Shown here: positions 57,470 through 64,000 of the stretch, piece by piece
How the letters are laid out: each line of letters opens with the position of its first letter
Numbering within the stretch: the stretch's first letter is position 1
Assembly: GCA_950097015.1 (NCBI GenBank)
Contig: CATNEN010000037.1
Location: forward strand, 1,116,001-1,180,000
Direction: 5' to 3'
DNA from: Macrostomum hystrix
Taxonomy: Eukaryota; Animalia; Platyhelminthes
DNA length: 64,000 nt
The notes under the pieces: generated by a model
Seen by the model: the letters and a program-made list of their open reading frames with translations, nothing else
The model's database searches: none
What the model was told of the DNA's origin: nothing
Translations under genes and position numbers: made by a program

Positions 57470-58845
57470 GCTCATCCTGAGGATCTGGGGAGGATGGCTG
57501 CTCATTCTGGGGATCTGGGGAGGATGGCTGCTCATTCTGGGGATCTGGGGTGGATGGCTGCTCATCCTGAGGATCTGGGGAGGATGACTGCTCATTCTGG
57601 GGATCTGGGGTGGATGGCTGCTCATCCTGAGGATCTGCGGAGGATGACTGCTCATTCTGGGGATCTGGGGTGGATGGCTGCTCATCCTGAGGATCTGGGG
57701 AGGATGGCTGCTCATCCTGAGGATCTGGGGAGGATGGCTGCTCATCCTGAGGATCTGGGGAGGATGGCTGCTCATCCTGAGGATCTGGGGAGGATGGCTG
57801 CTCATCCTGAGGATCTGGGGAGGATGGCTGCTCATCCTGAGGATCTGGGGAGGATGGCTGCTCATCCTGGGGATCTGGGAGGATGGCTGCTCATCCTGAG
57901 GATCTGGGTGGATGGCTGCTCATCCTGAGGATCTGGGGAGGATGGCTGCTCATCCTGAGGATCTGGGAGGATGGCTGCTCATCCTGAGGATCTGGGGAGG
58001 ATGGCTGCTCATCCTGAGGATCTGGGGAGGATGGCTGCTCATCCTAAGGATCTGGGGAGGATGACTGCTCATTCTGGGGATCTGGGGTGGATGGCTGCTC
58101 ATCCTGAGGATCTGCGGAGGATGACTGCTCATTCTGGGGATCTGGGGTGGATGGCTGCTCATCCTGAGGATCTGGGGAGGATGGCTGCTCATCCTGAGGA
58201 TCTGGGGAGGATGGCTGCTCATCCTGAGGATCTGGGGAGGATGGCTGCTCATCCTGAGGATCTGGGAGGATGGCTGCTCATCCTGAGGATCTGGGGAGGA
58301 TGGCTGCTCATCCTGAGGATCTGGGGAGGATGGCTGCTCATCCTGAGGATCTGGGGAGGATGGCTGCTCATCCTGGGGATCTGGGAGGATGGCTGCTCAT
58401 CCTGAGGATCTGGGTGGATGGCTGCTCATCCTGAGGATCTGGGGAGGATGGCTGCTCATCCTGAGGATCTGGGAGGATGGCTGCTCATCCTGAGGATCTG
58501 GGGAGGATGGCTGCTCATCCTGAGGATCTGGGGAGGATGGCTGCTCATCCTAAGGATCTGGGGAGGATGGCTGCTCATCCTGAGGATCTGGGGAGGATGG
58601 CTGCTCATTCTGGAGATCTGGGGTGGATGGCTGCTCATCCTGAGGATCTGGGGAGGATGGCTGCTCATCCTGAGGATCTGGGGAGGATGGCTGCTCATCC
58701 TAAGGATCTGGGGAGGATGGCTGCTCATCCTGAGGATCTGGGGAGGATGGCTGCTCATTCTGGAGATCTGGGGTGGATGGCTGCTCATCCTGAGGATCTG
58801 GGGAGGATGGCTGCTCATCCTGAGGATCTGGGTGGATGGCTGCTC
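57470..58845. repeat. 30-bp minisatellite (ctcatcctgaggatctggggaggatggctg)
   Basis: Direct reading; 29-bp variants shift the ORF frames. Confidence 0.96.
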
Positions 58846-59495
58846 ATATATTTAGATGATCAAATAAAAACCTGAAGATCACACACGACAAGGCGACAAC
58901 TCAAGCATGAGAGGCCATCTCATAAACAAGGCCATAAAGGCAATAATTTTGTACAGGTCACATGCGGATCTTCTTAATTTCCCTTCCTCCCCTTCCAGTC
59001 ATCCCCAGCTGCAGGAAATGAAATCATTCTTAGAAAACATGGCGCGAATTTAGGCAACGATTCGGTGAAAAAGGTAAGACAGGTATGGAAAAGCTAACTA
59101 AACTCATAGATGATAATCATTTGAACCTAAAAGGGCAACCAATACGCTTAGAAAGTGCGGAAGGCGAGGCAAGAGCATCCATCCTCAAAGAGCTCAAAGC
59201 GCCGAAAAATGCACACATTTGCACATTGATGCAAAAAAGGATTAAATATCTGAAAAAGTGACAAAAATCATTTATAACTTTGATGAGACGCATTTGTAGG
59301 AACAAAACTTTCTTCGTCTAGTATTTGATTGGGGCGTGAAAAAAAATATGGTAACTTCTTTTTAGATTACTAAAATAAAATGGAAGTCAATTAAGATATG
59401 AGGATTCGTGTTTTCCTACTGTTAGTAGGATATCCTGGATAATCCTGGATATTTGCCGATGCATTTTTTTAAGATGTGCGCAAAACTAATTCGTC

Positions 59496-59876
59496 CTACT
59501 TTAACTTGGGCGCATAGCCAGACGCGTAGCTCTTCATATAGGCCGGCAGTGCGTCGTCCATGCCGCGTGCTGTTCGCCGCTTCGGCTGGCCGGGCGTTGC
59601 CAAGCAACCAGGCGGCAGGTTGGGCATGCGCGGATAGGGCGTATTATAATGCAAGGCTAGGCTAATCCGTGACTCAGCCTCCATAATGTGCGCCTCTATG
59701 ACGGCCGGATCCGTGAGAGCTCGATGCCGGCGGAACAGTGAGCCGGCTTCTTTGCGAATGTAGTCGGCTTCAGTTGCGGGATCGGCAACGCCGGGCCGGC
59801 TGGGCCATTGTCTGGCCAAGCGCAGGATGTGACGGTACAGGCCGAGGACACGTTGACGCGTGGTTAATACCGACAT
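59496..59876 (-). CDS. LYRM1: LYR motif-containing protein 1, single exon, 126 aa
   Basis: TRQRVLGLYRHILRLARQW, YIRKEAGSLFR, RISLALHYNTPYPR and LPP match LYRM1 (TRQEVLGLYR..ARKW..EARTLFR..LHYKIPYPRPIHLPP as recalled). Confidence 0.92.
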   Translation of the reverse strand: MSVLTTRQRVLGLYRHILRLARQWPSRPGVADPATEADYIRKEAGSLFRRHRALTDPAVIEAHIMEAESRISLALHYNTPYPRMPNLPPGCLATPGQPKRRTARGMDDALPAYMKSYASGYAPKLK

Positions 59877-61213
59877 GCAAACTGTTCTGAAAGATGACGA
59901 TTAGTGTACTTAATCAATCGTTTGGTCATTTGGTGGCAGTAGGCAATTCTGCCCATTTCGCTGATTCCTGAGCACACTCGCACGCAAATACTCACACTCA
60001 GGTGACTTTCTCATCGCTCTCACACTCTCATTGTGCACTGGAGGTTGGCCCTGAAGGGCGCAAATTGCACGACAAGACACCAAGCCTTCTCTCTGCGGCA
60101 GCGCCCCAATTTAATGTAGCCTTGATGCGAAATCAAGCTCAGAGACCTCGGTGCGAGAGGCAAATGCGATGGAATCGAATTCAAGCTATATTTTTGCACT
60201 GATTGCCATGCCATGCTGGTGTGGTGCCACAAAAAGAAGGTGGAATATAAAAAGGTGCTGGACGGCTATGCGAGCAGCAGCAAGATGTGAGCTATTGTAA
60301 AGAGCTTCCTGCGATCATCAACAGCTATGTATAAATGCCTGCAATATGGATAGCAATCTGGAAAATTTTCTAGAACTGCTGAATGTTAGGAATTACTTGC
60401 AAGAGAACATTGAAATGGCCATTTTACACACCCGAGCAAGTATCCACATGGCCTAAGCTGCCAGCAGCAACATCTATGGCCACTAACAGACTGCGCACGC
60501 CATTACCAGTGGCTGTAAAGCTATAAAGATTGCCCAAACATCAAGTGCAGCCAGCAGCAGCAACCATCTGAAGTCTGTGATCCGGCTTAGAGCAGGAGGC
60601 CCTGCTTAGCCAGCATCCAAAGCATCTTTGATTCACAATCTGCATTTGGCTAGGCCGTCACCACAGTGCCAGCTGTGGCCTGCACTGCTAAAACAGCTGA
60701 ACATAGCCAACTCAGCAATGGCCAGAGGATGAGGAATGAGAAAATATGATACATGACATAAGCAAGTATATGGAAAGAGAGAGTGGCATTTCACACATGA
60801 GCCGTTATACCTCAAAGCACTTAGATTTATAACAATGTAACAGCTTTAAAAGGCTTGCTGCAGCAACATGCTGTCACTGCTCTGCAAGCCATGGCACACA
60901 ATATCCATTGCAAAGCAGCTTCTGGCAAGGTAGTCCTACATCAGAAGGTCTTTAACATGGAGTTTTGGTGGCTCTTCATAAAGATTGGCTAGCCCTACTA
61001 CCAAGCATTGTTGGCCCCTTGTGCATTTTAAGCAGGAGGTGAAAGACAATTATGAACTTTCTCTTTCTTTTAGGTGAGGGGATTTTATGTTGTTTGTTAG
61101 TGCCATCTTTTTATATTTAGTATTTTGGATTTTATTATTTTAATACCAATAGGTTTAACTAGCCAATTTCATAGTTTTATGTATCTTTTATGTATCTTTT
61201 ATGTATGTAAATA

Positions 61214-63473
61214 CTAGCTTTTTTTGCCCGTTGTTTTTGGGGCAGAAATTTAAAGCAAAGCAGTAAGCAATTCACGTCTCTGTATTAACTTTATAGTGAA
61301 GGTCACCATTTATTTATTTACTGCATTAATGAAAAGCGAAGAGTTTGCTTAAGGGCGTTTTAAGTAAAAAATAAGTGAAAAGTTTGTCCAAACAGCCCCC
61401 TCTTGATTACTTCTTTAGAAACATGTCTCTTAGCCACTCCTCTATACAGTCAGTGGCAGATCCAGGAATTTTGTTTTGGGGCGGTCTGTCAGGGGAGCGC
61501 CATGAGAATCACAGAGGGGGTGCCAGCGGCCGAAAAAGGGCGCCAGGAGCCAAGAAAGGGCGCCAGCGGCTGAAAAATGGGAGCCAGCGGCTGAAAAAGG
61601 GGCGCCAGCGGCCGAAAAGGGGCGCCAGTGCTGCGACTGGCGCCCCTGGTGGGGGCATCTTATTCCCATGATTAAAATTTAGGGGGGCAACTGCCCCCCC
61701 GCTCCCCCCCTAAATCTGCCTCTGTATACAGTATGCATGTACACGCGTATACATAAGGAAAATAGCCATGGCATAACAATAACAATGTCAAAGAAACAAA
61801 ATTAAACTGTTTCAGAGTTCAGAGTTGGACAGGTCAAGGTCAATTCGTGACTACTTTTCTATTAATTGCTTGCGAGTCACCTCAAGGCCTGGGGATACAC
61901 CACATTCTTCGTTCTTCCCCTTGGTGCGAAAATGAATAGGCCAGCTGGAGTTCCAACACGGGAGCAGGCGACATAAAGCTGCCCATGCGAGAAGCAAGGA
62001 GTCTCCAGGTTGATGCCAGCCACCTTCAGCGACTGTCCCTGAGCCTTGTTAATAGTCATCGCAAAGCACACTCTCACAGGGAACTGCAGTCGCTTGAACT
62101 GAAATGGCAGGTCCGTGGGGATAATTGGAATCCGGGGAATGAACACAGACTCTCCTCTGCCAGATCCAGTCATTATCGTGGCCTCAATCACGTGTGGGAA
62201 GAGCCGCCTGACTATCAGTCGGGTGCCGTTACACAGCCTTGGCGCATTCAGGTTGCGGAGGAGCATAATTGGTGCCCCAACTTTCAGCTGCAAGTTGTGC
62301 GATGGAGTTGCAGGAGGATCTAGAGAGTTCAGAAACTCAACAGGATACTCCACAGCGGTGTCATCAGTCAACGTTGTATCAATTGACTTGTAGGTGAAAA
62401 CTGCACCTGGCAACTCCTGAAGCAGTTGGTAGTTAATTTCGTTGGCGGCATCATTTCTAGGACACAGAATTGCCCTCTCTGACAGCCAGTCAACGTCAGC
62501 ATATCGAACCATCAGGTTCGGGTAAACTTTTGCCTTGAGCTCCTGCACTGACTGCACAATGGTTCCGATTGTAGCGATCGATGACTGCCCATCCTCGGTG
62601 CTAATCTCCAGCAGACCATTGCCGATTCGCAATAGATTGGCAGAGAACTCATGAGCTGTTTCGTCTCCTTGAATTGTAGCTCTCATGTTTGTTCGTAGGT
62701 GCAACTTCACAACCGATGGCCACAGGTGAGATGATTTTAGGCAAGCATTAATCTCATCAGCAGGAGTGCCACGCGGAATCACAGGCAGCGTCTGTCTAAA
62801 GTCTCCAGACAGCAGCAGAGTGACACCACCCATCAGTTGATCGCCAGCCTCTCTCTTTCTTCTATCCCAGGCTGGCTGGAGAGAAATATCGCCCTGCGCA
62901 CTGGGACGCCACCGCACTCACCGCACTCAGTCTCAGTGCTGCTTGGGGGCCAGTAGACAGTCTAGGGGTTTGGGCTGTGTACATTCACGGCTTGAAATAC
63001 AATGTACAGTCTGGGGCTTCGGCGCCCGGGGAAGGGAGGGGGTGGCTGTAATAAAATTTGGCCCGCAGAGTGGCGGAGGGGAGTTGGGGTGGCTGTCCTC
63101 GGAAAACAAAAAGTGACTCACTTTGAGATGATGCAGCTTTGCTCTGGATTGAGTAGAGATGTTCAAAATTGACAGCATTGTTGGAAAACATGTAAAGTGT
63201 AAGTGGATCAAATTTGGAGAAAATCTGACAAAGTGGGGCGACGATATGTCGAATTGAGTGATTTTTTGACGATTTTTGAGCAGTTTTTTGCACTTTTGAG
63301 CAGGAAGGAAATGATTTTTCGGGAATTTGAGTAGCCTATTGCACTCAGCGTAGGTGGTTTTAGGTATGTGCAAAGTTTGGTGCGATTTGGTTGAGCGGTT
63401 TCGGCGTCTATAAAGACAAAAGGTTGCACACAGACAGACAGACAGACAGAGTTTTCACTTTTATATATATAGA
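61214..63473 (-). mobile_element. Non-autonomous Helitron, same family as 31098-33515, retaining the helicase C-terminal half
   Basis: A|TC 5' end at 63473 and CTAG|T 3' end at 61214. The 5' ~570 bp and 3' ~150 bp are near-identical to copy 1. ORF 61877-62917 carries [36 protein letters not shown] and HGQLYVACSRV. Confidence 0.95.
61451..61724. mobile_element. hAT-like MITE (274 bp) inserted in the Helitron 3' region
   Basis: Imperfect TIRs cagtggcagatccagg / cagaggcagatttagg and a perfect 8-bp TSD tatacagt (61443-61450 and 61725-61732). Confidence 0.88.
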
Positions 63474-64000
63474 TATACTCTAATTTTATAATATTTTTCT
63501 GTGTAACCATGCTTTTGTGTTTTAACCATGCTTTTGTGTTTAATATTTATTTTAATTTTGCTTTTCATCTATAGTTGTCTTAGTACTTGCTGTGCTTGTT
63601 TAAATATGACTAGTACACACCAATGTCAATTGAGATAGGGATCTTTTTTCTTTGAAATAATATTCTATAGGCCTAAATGAAAAAAATTGTTATGAATGAA
63701 CCATTTAAATGCACTCAATCCACCAAATTTATAAAAGTTTTAATGAAGTGGATAAAATTGAGGACGCAAAGAACATGTATAAGTAATCAGGTGAGAGGAA
63801 GTAAAGAAAACATTTTGTTGTGTGTGATAACAATGTACATAGTAAGAAAGTTGGAAATAGTGAAGTGTTTTTCTTAAAGTTATTTCAAGAGACATTGAGA
63901 AAGAGAAGTGAATAGGCCTAAAGTGAAAGAAGGAGAGCTGTAACCCAAAATCTACTGGTAGGGCCTAAGGCCAAGACAGATGGACAAATAACTGAAAAGT

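Noticed and set aside
2913-58875. Very long periodic ORFs (for example 546, 534, 550, 1027, 658 and 382 aa)
   Set aside because: They are translations of stop-free satellite monomers, open on several frames or both strands, and lie in introns or spacers. There is no evidence they code for protein.
60200-61050. CpG-poor stretch resembling a decayed transposase or coding remnant upstream of LYRM1
   Set aside because: All frames I read are broken by stops, and no motif could be assigned with confidence.

Overview
Eukaryotic, intron-rich animal DNA with GC-rich exons and AT-rich introns packed with minisatellites. The style and gene content suggest a flatworm such as Macrostomum (inference only). 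I reconstructed five genes by hand from splice sites and reading-frame phases. (1) A three-exon NPY/NPF-family neuropeptide precursor (+, 6010-8536). (2) An 11-exon ASNSD1 gene (-, 50209-11468, 625 aa). (3) A two-exon NPY/RFamide-receptor-like class A GPCR (+, 23983-29219) nested antisense inside ASNSD1 intron 8. (4) A single-exon GTF3C6/TFIIIC-subunit-6 homologue (-). (5) A single-exon LYRM1 (-). There is also a partial Pro-rich exon at the left edge. Mobile DNA comprises two differently deleted copies of one Helitron family, a hAT-type MITE nested in the second copy, and tRNA-derived SINEs. More than 25 distinct tandem-repeat arrays account for all the very long repetitive ORFs. The most interesting leads are a candidate linked NPF ligand and receptor pair, a candidate trans-spliced LYRM1-GTF3C6-ASNSD1 operon, and inverted 13-bp satellite arrays bracketing ASNSD1 exons 2-3.
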